A stretch of 63,679 nucleotides of DNA, the filler included, from Sphaeroforma arctica JP610 (lineage: Eukaryota): the NCBI RefSeq assembly GCF_001186125.1. It is 5 parts of 2 records of this genome, joined end to end, with 100 filler letters (N's around TTAATTAATTAA, not from the genome) between each part and the next. Parts side by side here need not be neighbours in the genome. Positions count along the whole stretch, not along the records: positions 1 to 21,505 come from NW_014040551.1; 4 more parts are not named here. One strand, written 5' to 3'. Positions 1-12,844 of this stretch are shown piece by piece (positions within the stretch are counted from its first letter, which is position 1; each line of letters begins with the position of its first letter). The position numbers and the translations under genes were made by a program. The notes beneath the pieces were generated by a model. That model ran no database searches, had not been told where the DNA came from, and worked only from the letters and a program-made list of their open reading frames with translations.

Positions 1-323
1 GTGTGTGTGTGTGTGTGTGTGTGTGTGTACATATTTATATACATATATATGTATATATGTATATGTCTTGTATGTACATGATTATATTAAATACAGGTGG
101 ATTTTTATATTTTCATCATGTGCAATTGTTGGGTATATTGATTTTTAGAAACCATGATCTAACTATCGCAGCTCTACTTTAATCCAATGCACTACCAAAA
201 TTAATACTATTAATGTTCTGTGAAAGTCTTTCGCTGATAATTTATCTTGCACCTGACTGAATTTCTTATCTTCAGAATTTGTACGCGGGCCAGACCGCCG
301 ACTTGCTTTGGGATCTCGAATCA

Positions 324-480
324 GATGATCGTATGTTTAATAGGATTGCATGTGTTTAATAGGGTTGCATATGTTTAATATGATCGTATGTTTAAAATGA
401 TTGCATTTGTTGAATATGATAGTGTGTTTAATATGATCGCATATGTCTAATAAGATTGCATACGTTCACTACACTGATCG
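324..480. repeat. ~19-bp degenerate minisatellite (atgatcgtatgtttaat-like)
   Basis: About 8 imperfect tandem copies beginning at a candidate donor site GATC|gtatgt (330/331). Confidence 0.7.
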
Positions 481-717
481 CAAATCCAATGTAAATACAT
501 ATATTCAACACAAAACATCAGTTGTACACACCCTATATAAATACATCTTCCCAGCCAAATCCCGTACGTGCGATAATTTCAGTGGACGTGTCGAATAAAG
601 TACATGTTTGCATCGTATGTGCGCGTGTATGGCATAGAATTTGTCTTGTGTATATACATATATATATATATGTGTGTGTGTGTGTGTATATATATATGTA
701 TATATGTATATATACAT

Positions 718-760
<43 letters not shown>

Positions 761-1073
761 TGTGTGTGTGAGTATAGTTATCGATCACATGTGTACTCAC
801 AGGCCGTGTCGCTTGTGGTTCATTGTGCACCCTGTGCGTGAGATTGTGTTTGGAGCATGCGTGTGTTGGAGCGTATTCGTACGTGTACGCCTATTGAGTG
901 CTTTCGCACATGTTATTTGCACCTATTATCTGACAATACCCACCTATGAACATCGCGTTTGCTTTTGAACTCGTATTTTACGTTTTCATTTGACACACGC
1001 ACGCGTGCGTTTACAATGACCTTCGAAGTACCAATCCGATTGTTGCCGTCGTATAAGATGTTCTGTACTCCAG

Positions 1074-4000
1074 CAGAAGCAGAGTTCTTGACTGGACACA
1101 TGCCTGTGACCTTGCGTGGTCATTCATCTTTCGTCGTACTCGCCACACACGATGTAAGCCATCCGCAAAGCTGCACTGTCCACCTACAACTACATGTGGG
1201 CTGATGACTGGTATACCTATTCATTGCAGTTGCTGCGACGGGTGATGTGGTGCCGTGTACTATGAAGGTGGAGTTTGAATTGGCCGATGATGAATACAGG
1301 GTATGACCGCGTATGGTGTCACACGTCCAGGCACTACCATCGGCAGCACGAACTCGCACAGACACTGGTTGGGTTGGTGCCTATGATCCTACGCTAGCTA
1401 TGTAACCTTTTGTTTATATAGTCAGGGTTTAGATGGGTTTAGGTGGTTTACGAGTTTAGAGGGGTTTAGGTGGTTTTAGAGGGGGTTAGGTGGTTCTAGA
1501 GGGGTTTAGGTGGCTTTATATGGGTTCAGAAGGGTTTTAGGTGGTTTTCGAGGGGTTTAGATGGGTGTAGGGTTGACTCCTATGTTCCTTTCGAAGTAGT
1601 CGGTTGTGTATCGGCTTTCCGTTCGTCTATTGTGAGGCTGATTGCTACGCCCATTCGACATGTCGTCATAGTGCACGACATCGCCTGGTGACGACTGTCA
1701 GAACAAATGAAGTACGGATTTGAGATGAATACAAGAATACGTACGTATTCTTATATCTTGATTGAGATGAATGTATGAATAAGTACTTGTTCTTAAATCT
1801 TGATTGAAATGAATATACGAATACGTACTTATTCTAGTATCTTGATTGAAATGAGTACAAGAATACGTACTTGTTCTAAAAGCTTGATTGAGATGAATGT
1901 ATGAATAAGTACTTCTTCTTAAATCTTGATTGAGATGAATTTATGAATGAGTACTTATTCTTATATCTTGCTAAGATACTTACAAAAAAAGTACTCATTC
2001 TTAGAAGCATATAGATACCTATACCACCCAATGCAAACGTTCAGCGTATACCATAGTATGCCTACCGAAAGAGCTAGTGTTATATGAGCTCCTTCTTCTT
2101 TTGCACATTCTGACTCGTAGTATTACACGGCATTGACAGGTGACTGCGGCCAGGACTCTGCAGCACGTGTTTGAGATGAACATAGATATCTACAAACCCG
2201 AATACAAAAGCACCATACTCTTCAAGGGCATGGGCGAGTACGACGATGTGGAGAACGAGATCACTATCGGAGAATCGTCCGAGGCTGAAGTTTTGGTCAC
2301 ATATTTGGGTATGGTATTAAGGTGTTTAAATTGTGATGAGAGTTATGGCTTTGGTCGCTTGTCTGGGTATGGTATTAAGATGTTTATATTGTGATGAGAG
2401 TTATGGCTTTGGTCACTTATCTGGGTATGGTATTAGGGTGTTTATATTGTGATGAGAGTTATGGCTTTGGTCACTTGTCTGGGTATGGTATTAAGAAGGT
2501 TATATTGTGATGAGAGATATGGTTTGGGTCACTTATCTGGGTATGGTTTTAAGAAGGTTATATTTTGATGAGAGTTATGGTTTTGGTCACTTGTCTGGGT
2601 ATGGTATTAAGATGTTTATATTGTGACGAGTGTTATGGCTTTGGTCACTTATCTGGGTATGGTATTAAGGTGTTTATATCGTGATGAAAGTTACGGTTTT
2701 GGTCGCTTGTCTGGGTATGGTATCGGAGTGTTCATGTTGTGATGATGGGCGATGCGATGCAACCAAGTGTATACCATAGACTATGAACCATATTCCGCAT
2801 AGTATGGATGTGCCTCTACAAACACTTGGGCCCCTGATGATGCCTGTGCTTAATCCCGTACCCGGTACACCCTTGTGCCTGTGCACGGCTTTCCGGGGCC
2901 ATAGGATGTCTGTCCATCTCACCTGAGGTCATGTGTATGTGTGGGTGGTTGGGATGTCAGCAGGACTCCATGGCAAACGCCTGGCTATTTAGTGTTCCAT
3001 GAATGGCTCATATGTCCTCAGTGAACAAATCCCTGCGTTGCATATTAGGATGGCTGTGTATCATCCATCACGGACTAATCAGCGAGTGAGTGTGTCAGTG
3101 CTGGTAATGTATGGAGTGCAGGTCTAGATGAGTATAAGTTTCTTTGGATTGTATCGCACACGACGACTTGCATAGCATATCTGCACAGATATAGGAATGG
3201 ATTTATAAACACGTAATGTGTAAGGGAGCCGGCTTGTATTAATAACAAATTACATAGTATATCAATACAGATATGGGGATGGATTTATAGACACTTAAAA
3301 AATTTGGGGGCGGGCTTGTATTAATAATAACTTACATAGTATATCGGTACAGATTTGGGGATGGATTTATAGACACTTAAACTGTATGGGGCTTGGCTTG
3401 TATTAATAATAACTTACATAGTATATCAATACAGATATGGGGATGGATTTATAGACCCTGAAACTGTATGGGGGCTGGCTTGTATTAATATTAACTTACA
3501 TAGTGTATCAATACAGATATGGGGATGGATTTGTAGACACTTAAAACTGTATGGGGGCTGGCTTGTATTAATCATAACAAGAATAAACCTCTGTACTTGG
3601 CTGTGCAGGTGATAGTGATGAGGAGAGGACTGTTGTGGCCAATGTCGAGGTCAATCATCGCCATTGGATTGTGTCTGGGCACGACCAAAGGCGGCTCGCG
3701 CTCAGCAAAGTATGTGTGTGAAAGAGTGTGTATGTGTGTATACAGTAGCATGCCGTTTGTGTTTATACGGTATGATATTGTGTGCGCGTTACTTCTGTGT
3801 GTGTAAAGTATGGGTATGGGTGTAATATATGTCCTTGTATATATTGTATATTCTGTTGAGAGAGGTATGGGTGTAGTGTATGTCCTTGTACATATGGTAT
3901 GTTCTGTTGTTTATGGTATGGGTGTAGTGTATGTCCTTGTACATATGGTATGTTCTGTTGTTTATGGTATGTCCTTGTACATATGGTATGTTCTGTTGTG

Positions 4001-5326
4001 TGATGTAGTGTATGTCCTTGTACATATATTATGTTCTGTTGTTCATTTATATATATATATAATATAATATATGAAAACCATCCCAATGAGCGATTACACT
4101 TCAATCCATTGTACGACAATTTTGATCATAGATCAATCCAGTTCAATTCAAATAATTACAATTTATTCCGATCCAATTAAAAGCTTATATCCCTCCAGTC
4201 TTGACTATTACAATACAGTTTAATCCATTTCACTCCAATTCAATCAGATTCAATCAGATTCAATCAGATTTCATATGTACATGCAAATTGTACACTCATC
4301 TAAATCATAATGTTGTGCCAGTCTGATGAATTTTTATCGCTTTAATCCAATGCAAATCAACTCATATCAAATCAACCAAGGCATCAATTCAATTCAACCC
4401 AACGCAATCCAAATCGAATCTATCCGATTTAAATTGAATTTGATTTAATGAGGTTACACCCTAATGTATATATACATCTAATATATATTTATATACTGTT
4501 CAAATCAACTTCTTCCAACGGAATTAATAACTATTTGTTTCAACTGACTATCGCATTTATTGCAGAACGAGCGACAGGGTCGGTTCGGCATTGTATTGAT
4601 TCCGTTGTCGGTGGGACAGATATTTGTACCGCGGGTGGCTATGTACGAATCTGTTACCGAAGGCAATAGTTTAGTGCCATGCCAAGGTGTGTATGTGTTG
4701 TGTTATGTCGAGGTGTGCATGTGTTGGAAATGACGCATAAGTGGCGCGTATCTAAGTAACAGCTAGGCATGTACATCAAAATGTGAAACGTATAAGAGTA
4801 TTCGTCGTGATATGCGTATTGATTATGGTGCTTTGGTGTGCGTATTGGCCGTATCCTTAGAAGGCAAGTGACGGGATGACTTGTATGTGCTACATCAGAC
4901 ACTCCTTTGCATAGCTCACCAAATGTAATGCTCGTATTTTAAGATGCAAGCTCTTATCTGCTGCTGTTTCCTTCCAACTTAATGCGATGTCAATATCAAT
5001 TTTCCACCACCACTTCATTCTGAGTACTTTTATAGCATACTTGTTATCTAATTTAGAAAGAAAGGGTGACGTGATATATGTATGTGTATGTATANNNNNN
5101 NNNNNNNNNNNNNNNNNNNNNNNNNNNNNNNNNNNNNNNNNNNNNNNNNNNNNNNNNNNNNNNNNNNNNNNNNNNNNNNNNNNNNNNNNNNNNNNNNNNN
5201 NNNNNNNNNNNATATATATATATATATATCATAATAATTGTTCATATGCATTTTACAGCGCTCGGCGGGTATGACAATTGTGGCATAGAGGCCCCGATTT
5301 TCTGCAGTGCAAAAACTATCTGCTAA
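1074..5326 (+). CDS. TRAPPC10: TRAPP II complex subunit TRAPPC10/Trs130-like, 3' portion (multi-exon, 5' end not resolved in window)
   Basis: Phase-consistent GT-AG exons ~1074-1153, 1230-1300, 2140-2308, 3610-3709, 4566-4686, 5259-5326 give ...EITIGESSEAEVLVTYLGDSDEERTVVANVEVNHRHWIVSGHDQRRLALSKNERQGRFGIVLIPLSVGQIFVPRV...TIC*. The W-x-V-S-G ... L-I-P-L-x-x-G-x-x-x-x-P-x-V pattern matches the TRAPPC10 C-terminal domain. Further upstream exons (276-330, possibly 583-600 and 803-837) are uncertain. Confidence 0.7.
1420..1575. repeat. G/T-rich degenerate minisatellite (ggtttagaggggtttaggt)
   Basis: About 7-8 imperfect ~19-20 bp copies in an intron. Confidence 0.7.
1718..2000. repeat. ~42-bp minisatellite (gattgagatgaatgtatgaataagtacttgttcttaaatctt)
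   Basis: About 6 tandem copies, intronic. Confidence 0.8.
2292..2745. repeat. 58-bp minisatellite containing the exon end and 5' splice site
   Basis: Unit ttggtcacttgtctgg|gtatggtattaag...gagagttatggct, period 58 (e.g. 2352 to 2410), about 7.5 copies. Confidence 0.85.
3170..3579. repeat. 82-bp minisatellite
   Basis: cagat(a/t)tggggatggattt(a/g)tagac recurs at 3268, 3350, 3432 and 3514. Confidence 0.85.
3808..4045. repeat. ~50-bp minisatellite (gtatgtccttgtacatatggtatgttctgttg)
   Basis: 4-5 imperfect copies, which explain the repetitive ORFs at 3763-4119. Confidence 0.75.
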
Positions 5327-5672
5327 TACAAATGCATAAACTACTGTGCGTGGTCTGATCAATATCAAATGAATCTAGTTCGTCTGATATTGATTCTATC
5401 CATGTATTGAATATGGAAGAAACCCCATATGCAAGACTCTTGACTTGAGTTAGTGGCATAGTACGAACACATGTGAACACAGGTAGTAAATGGAAAATCC
5501 GCACCATACATTGTACAATACGATCTACAACTCTGGATGATACTTTAAATAGCAGAGTTGAACATGTCTTCGCATCATTTATTATTATTACCAGAGCAGA
5601 CGCCTCTGTCATATTTCAGTATATATTCTGTACCACTCTCTTATCTAAACCTATAACCTAGATGCCATACAA

Positions 5673-8600
5673 TTATAAATCTAAGTGGAACTCTCCGGGA
5701 AGCACGAAGCAGCAATACATGAGCACAGTCACCCAGACTATCGTGATGAATGCAACCGGTCCGGTCTTCTTGATGAAGACTCCCTCACCAACGTCAGTCA
5801 ACCCAATCACAGTCCGCGCCGCAATCACATTGTTAATACATCTGTGGTAGATAATTAAGTGACATGCGTGTAGGTAAGCGATGTACATTGCTAAACCCTA
5901 AAACCCTGGTACTGAAGTAGATGTAGGTATGTAAATTCGTTGCACACTCGTATGTTCTCAATATGTCTTTTTAGTGCATCTGTGACAGATGACGTACGTG
6001 GGTGACATACAAATGAATGAGTGTGTTATAGTATTATGTATAGTACAATGAGTACGTTGTAGTATAATGTAGAGTACAATGAGCGTGTTATAGTAAAATG
6101 TATAGTACAATGAGTACGTTGTAGTATAATATAGAGTACAATGGGCGTGTTATAGTAAAATGTTTAGTACAATGAGTACGTTGTAGTATAATATGAGTGT
6201 GCTATAGTACAAAGTATAGTACAATGAGTGTGAAATAGTACAATGTATAGTACAATGAGTGCGATATACTAAAATGTACAGGCACTGTTATCTACACATC
6301 GTTATTAACTATGTGGTATAAGGGTACATGAGGGACATACACGTGAGAAATGCGTGTGTACAGGTCACCATGCAATGTTCAGGTATGTGTGTCGGGTCAT
6401 TGTAGTGAATTTCTCTATTCCGTTTTTAATATGCATGTGCGCTTGCATTGCTCATTCAAAACGTTGCGATTTAGCGTACTCACTAAACCCTAAAACCGTG
6501 GATGTGCGCAAGTACGGAGTACGGTACATAGACAACCATATACATCCAGCAAAATAGATATATACACTAGCGTGCGAAGACTTCCCGAAATGGCACTAAT
6601 GAGTTTGAAGCCTAAAATTTACATCAGAACGCAAGCATACATAATATACCTACATTAGAAGCACCTGTGCAGTTTGCACACGACTATTTGCGTCGTTTGA
6701 ATGACAAAGCATAAAGATGTAATTTTCTATAGTAGTCTCCGAGTATCTCAACCACAGTCACGTACATATAAATCTATCGAAGAGCCAGATTAAAGCCGTC
6801 TACGCGACTATGCCTAAGAAATACTTCCGCATTTTGAAACTACCTACCTTAGAGCTCAACCGAGAAACCAAAACAAAACACGCACAGCTACATACATGGC
6901 ATTTCCAATAGAAGCACCGAAGGCTTGCATGGCCAAGATCGTGGTTGGGTTGTAGCCTGAATTGACTGCCGCTACGTACTGCACCTCACCGAACGTCAAA
7001 CAGGACACCGCGGTGGACCCAGAGAAGAAGGAGCCCAGGGCACCCAGGAAGGGGGCCAGAACGAACCACCAGCCACCAACCCATCCACTCACAATGGAAC
7101 CAAGTAGGTATGCCGGGGATCCATAACCTGGGAGATAGAAGGAACAAGGGTGGAGATATGGACCGGATTAGAGGGGTGAAGCGGAAGGCTGTGTTCAGGA
7201 TGAATCCGGGAGATGGCCACGGCTTATGCCTTGGTCGTGTTTGACTTGCTTACGCTGAGCATGTTTTGCACGGAAACTGGGTCGTGAAAATTATACTATT
7301 GCACATCAATACGAACCCGAATAAACTATCAGCTGGCAACTTGGATCGAGGGGCAGTGCGAGAGCAACCTGAGCCGTTCTCATACAAAACCCCAAGCCCC
7401 AGAGTACAATGTACAAAGTACAAAGTCTGTGGTAAAGCTTGATATGTATAGCTCCACGGAAGAGACAAGACACCGTGACACATACCTCCGTTGCGGATCA
7501 GACCCACCAGCATCAGACCTCCCAGCAGCGCAATAGCAGCACTGGCCACACGGTTTCCAAGGATGCCGAGTTCCTTGATCGGATTGGTGCGCATTTCACG
7601 CATGTCCTTCCAGAACATGATACAGGCGATCCATGATATGACGAAGAAGGGAAGGATACCGGGCACATACAGGGTCTCGTACTTGGAGCTGACGGTTGTA
7701 TCTCCGAGGATGTCGTTGAAGAGCATCTTCAGACTCGCGGAGATCTGGAAGTACATCAGCGTACCCAGCTGAACGCCCACATTGGGATCGTTGGTAGTCA
7801 ACCAGCCCTTGAGCGGCAACTGTTTAATGCAGAAAAGGTATCATCAGCAACAACGCATTGACTACATGTTTATGAGTGACTAGCCATAGCCTATATGAAT
7901 ATATGAGTGACTAGCCGTAGCCTGTAAGATGCGCAAGGAAAACAATAGCAATGCCTTCGAATAGGACTGTGATTAGACCGGCATATAGCACTCGGCCTAC
8001 CGTGGGCTAGAGCATAAGTGGGCTCGTTCAAGTTTTGCGAGGTGTATCACACGCACTACAGTGAGCACTTGAGAGAACCAAGGATCAATTGATTAAACCT
8101 CTGGGCTAAAAATTGATCCTCCGTATCAGGTTAATATACGATGTGGTACGAGATCGGTGAAGGTGTTGTTTTAATTGTTAACATCTATGAGGGCATATAT
8201 ACACTTTCATAAGGTCATATACATTGCAAATAATAGCCGATGAACTCCTGAAACCCTAATAAAAACCTCTAAACCAGACAACATGGGGTAAATGATGGTA
8301 AAACTATCTTGTAAAATCGGAGGTCACAGTTTGTCGATTACTCAATATACACAACTATACACATTCAACACAAATGGTCACAAATCTCATCGTTACGTTT
8401 CTAACATACTAGAAACACAGAAAAAGCTGAGACTCTCGATGTACATTAAAAATGGTCAGCAATCCAACACACGCAAAGGGTGAAAACATACGAATGATGC
8501 ACATACGAATCTTATCTCGATACCATACAAAACCAGACAAAACCGGAATTCCACATGCACAAGTACAATGTTGAAATGCATGATTGCAGACATCGGTAAT

Positions 8601-9628
8601 TAAAATTCATGAACTCTTAAAATTCTCGCAACAGTTCGGACAACCGTAACTGAGATTCTACACTAAACGATGGCCCACATTCGTAAGCTCTATTTCACGG
8701 ACAGTACTGTTTCAAATGCACCTACCATCGGAAGACGGGTCAGGATTAGCAGCACAACCGTTCCGGTGAGAGGGAAGGTGCGCAGCAAGCAGGCGGTGAC
8801 GTACTTGCCACCGGTTTCCCTGGGCTTGAGCTTGTAGACGGGTTGTTCATCTCCATCCACAGCGATGTCGCTGAAACTGGGTCGACTGATACTATCATCC
8901 TCCAGTTTGTTACCCTCATCGTCTACTTGTGCTTCGGGGTCGAATGCGGACTCCACCGCGTGTGTGATGGTCACGGCGGCGGTGGTGGCTTCGATTGCCG
9001 ACCTGGGTGGTAGTGAGGTTTATAAAAGTTTGGGGTTTGGGGTTTGGGGTTTTGGTCACAATCTGTAGGCGTAGCTCTTTTATCTTCATTTATATAGCAG
9101 GCTATGATGAAGTTGGAGGGAAGTGGGTTTGAATACTCAGGGTTCAGTAGAATCAGGGCAACGCAAGTGCTTTTAGATGGAAGCCATCTGGTCAGGTTTC
9201 CTTCATTTAGGATACATGGGATAATAAACCGTGTGTATCACTACTCGATGTTATTTTTCCGGTTGAATACGCTTGGTATATTCTGCGTGGTAAAGGATAG
9301 ATATTGAGCACCTCGTCTCATTTTCTGAAAATAGATTGGATGAGGTGCTATATCTCATACTTCCTGATCAGCTGATTATACACTCCAGTCCAAGTCTATT
9401 GCCGAACGAGAAGGTATATTCAAGTGACTTATATGCTGACGCACAAGATTCTCTGTACACTTATAACATTTCCTTCTCCTTGCATGAGGTGTCTTATGTG
9501 CAGACATATTGAGATATGGTATGCATTTACGCTCGATACTAAAACGCGATTCTATGAAAGCATGCAGAAATATACATAAACATATACGTACGTATGCAAG
9601 AATACTATACCCGCACACTTGCGTACTC

Positions 9629-9664
<36 letters not shown>

Positions 9665-9719
9665 TTATATATATATAAATATGCATACACATATAAATAT
9701 AAATATAAATATATATATT

Positions 9720-9763
<44 letters not shown>

Positions 9764-12700
9764 TTGGTTTTTTTGTGTGTGCGAGTTTATGCGTGTGTGA
9801 GTGCGCAAGTGAGTGTATACACTAGTGCTGTTCGACAACTCGTGCATATACTAACTGTTCAAATACGATCATGAGAGAAAAAATACAGAGAAATTCAGAA
9901 GTGAACAGACAATCGCACAACTACAGTCGCTAAATAGTAATCGGCTTCTAATTGGTGTTTTAGACTGGAGTGTTGCCCCATCGAGAGAAAATTCAATCGA
10001 AGCGGTAGTGAGCGATGAATAGGAAAATAGGCTACGCCTTAAGATGATTGAGAACTGTACTGAACTTCAGAAGAAGAAAAAGAGACAGAAAAGCGCAGAT
10101 AAAAACATGCACAAACTTGTACATACCCCTAACTAGAAAAACTCAACAATCAGCTTGGTCAAATCTATATGAATGAATGTACAATGCATACCATCGCAAC
10201 TACAAAGCACTCGTTCGTATCTATTAAACAAATAGCGCCGGGTACGTTGCCAGCCGGTAACGAACCCCAATTCAAAGTACCTGATAGACTCGCGCCGTGA
10301 CCTCTGTTCGCTCTGAACGCTGAGACTGTCCGTGTGTTCCTCCATATCCCCTTCCAAATCCTTCTTGCTCTCATTTTCTGTTGCGAAGTCTACGGTTGAC
10401 TCTGCATGGCCAGCTGTGCCCTGAGATTCCTCCCACAGACAGCCACGTTGGTTCATCATTTGCCTATAAAAGGGTGCGGAGTATGCGTTCATATTTAAAA
10501 ATCTTTTGGAAAAAAAAAGGTTTGGGACATATGTCTGCAAGTGATACGTTTGGGACATATGTCCAGCCACTGAGGTTTGAGCATTAAGCTCAGCTATGTG
10601 ATGTTCTGCCTCCGACAGCCAAAGTCGAGCCTAAGCCTGAACACACAATCCACCACAGCAGTTCATGAATTGTTCCAAAGGACTACTATGCTCGTGTGCC
10701 CAGGTCAGGGTAGCAGAACGTGAGTTTCCTGCTCAGTAGTCTGAGGTGATCTAGTACGCCTGCGCGAGACAATCCGGGGGGAAGCAAGACACCTAAACAA
10801 GACAACTAAACATGACAACTAAACAATACAATTAAACAATATATTGTGGCTTCTCTATACATGAATCGTCTGTGTGTTAAAATCAAGCCTGTGTCAGATG
10901 AGTGCACGAGTCTGTAGTTCAACAGCTTTCTTGTGTCTGTTGCCGTGGTCCCAGCAGCTATTTCATGGTAATGAGACAAATGTGTTAACATAATGTGTGT
11001 TAAATACTAGCTGCAAATCTGACTGGTACACATTGACCTCCACTTTACAACCATGTATAGAGTATAGAGCAATGCTTTTTTGATATGTATCCTCTGAAAC
11101 TCTGGCCAATTGTAATGGCGGTATAGTCCGGTACAGCACATCGCATGCAGATATCGCAGCATACAACACAGGTGCTCAAAGAATTGTCTTTAGCTCAAAT
11201 CCTGTCAAAGAATCCTAATTCTGCAACAGGCCAATATTTAAAACAAGAATACGCACCCTCAATATCCTAAATTAACAAATCAAAGTTACATTGTAATAGC
11301 GATCAGTTGCCCGTGGCAATACATACCATTCCTCACCCATCATGTCCGGGTCAACGTCAGGCAAGAACAGCTTAAACGTCACCATCACCGCAGTAATACA
11401 CAGACCGATGATACCGCCTAAGATGGTGGGGAACTCGTACGTGAACAGGGAGAGGCACAACATGGGAACCATAACCGACATCAGACTCAGATAGAAGAAT
11501 ATTATGTTCTTGAACAGGACTTTGAAAGGGATGAGGTACATGGCTGCCATCAACGGGAGGATAAGAGATCCAAAGCAAAGTGCGCACCCAGCCTGGAAAC
11601 CAATCTCAGTCAATGTCGCAGCCTCTTCCCCTGGGTAGTAAGTGTCAACCACCGACCCGAGTCCGTACCAGATGGGTGTACCCACTGCACCGAAGACCGT
11701 GGCCATGGTGTTGGTCAAAAGTACCGCCACCACGCACAGCGTAGGATTGTGGCCCAATTGAGCCAGCATGGGAGCGGAAAGCGCTGTGGGAGAGAAATGT
11801 GTGAAAGCGGTTGTGTTAGTGTAAATGATTCGAAGCGTGTAAGTAACTTGTTAGTATTGATTGCGGACCATGTTTTTGACAAACATAGGATAATTAGCTC
11901 GATCCGGTCGAACCCATCGCATTTGAGTAGACAGGTGCGTACGCTAGTTTGTCAGACTGTGTATATTCTTTTAGATGGTCCGTGACCAGGTGTTCGTCTG
12001 CACGATTGCGCTATGATAGAAGAATACTATCAAATATGCCATCAAACACTAGATTTAATAATGCGAAGTGGTGTCCACAGTAAATTTTATAAACCAGAAA
12101 GGTAGCAAGTGACAATCGGGCTGGAAGCGGCCGGAGATCAAAGACAATGCAAGAATCAGAAAATGTCCATGAGATGTGACTCCCTGCGAGAATACGCAAC
12201 ACAGACCTGGACATACTATAATTCTAATGACTGTCAATTGCAAGCTCTGCGAGAAGATTACAAAAAACTGTGATCACGATGCACACTGGACTTGATTGCA
12301 AATTGGCATGGTTAAGCAAAGAATGTTCAATACAGCCTAAAATCAGCACAAACAAAGGAGGCAGTCATAAATAGTGATTCGCGTGACAATATAAAGGCAC
12401 TCACATACCAGCAGGGGTTCCGAAACCACTGGCACCTTCAACTAGGTACGCGAAACAGTAACCAATCAACATGAACTCTGCCACTGGATGGCCTTTAGAG
12501 AGAATCTTCAATTCGCGCATGATCCACGGCATACATCCTGTGGCTTCCATTATGTTGAACAAGTAGATGGCACCACACACAATGGTGACAGGGGTCATAA
12601 CCTCGGGAATACCGGAGAGCAACGCTGCAGTAGTATTGATAGGATCACTTGCCAAGTACGCAAGACGTACAATGTACATCAGCAGAGCAGATAAAGGAAG

Positions 12701-12844
12701 AGATACTGTTGTAGGTAGAGGATGCGGTATTAGCGTTGCAACAACAACGAAAAGGATTGGAAGGAAGATCATGATCACCGTGACGACTTCGCCCCCGGGT
12801 CCCACGTACTGTTCCCATTCTTGTCCTGTTGAATTGTCAGCCAT
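5673..12844 (-). CDS. L-lactate permease (LctP/LldP family), complete, 7 exons, ~695 aa
   Basis: Exons 12844-12409, 11783-11327, 10463-10281, 9002-8726, 7819-7486, 7127-6896, 5841-5673, all GT-AG and phase-consistent (2088 nt). Family motifs: EGASGFGTPAALSAPML, NTMATVFGAVGTPIW, APFLGALGSFFSGSTAVSCLTFG, QAFGASIGNAICINNVIAARTVIGL...EGVFIKKT. Many hydrophobic transmembrane segments. Confidence 0.92.
6016..6280. repeat. ~31-bp minisatellite (gagtgtgttatagtaaaatgtatagtacaat)
   Basis: About 8 imperfect tandem copies in the last LctP intron. Confidence 0.75.

Noticed and set aside
505..968. ORFs rich in Y/I/H/T/V/C here and at 9376-9874, 32339-32906, 33976-35098, 60439-60916 and 63200-63665
   Set aside because: Translations of (TA)n/(TG)n microsatellites and N gaps.
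1420..1575. Telomere-like TTTAGG/TTAGG array
   Set aside because: Degenerate ~19-bp unit inside an intron, not a homogeneous telomeric repeat.
4662..4667. Possible GC donor (GAAG|gcaata) in the TRAPPC10 exon
   Set aside because: A canonical GT donor of the same phase lies 24 nt downstream with an open frame between, so GC is not required.
10566..10792. Cobalamin-riboswitch-like words GCCACTG and GGGAAG
   Set aside because: About 200 nt apart with no recognisable core or B12 box; likely chance.
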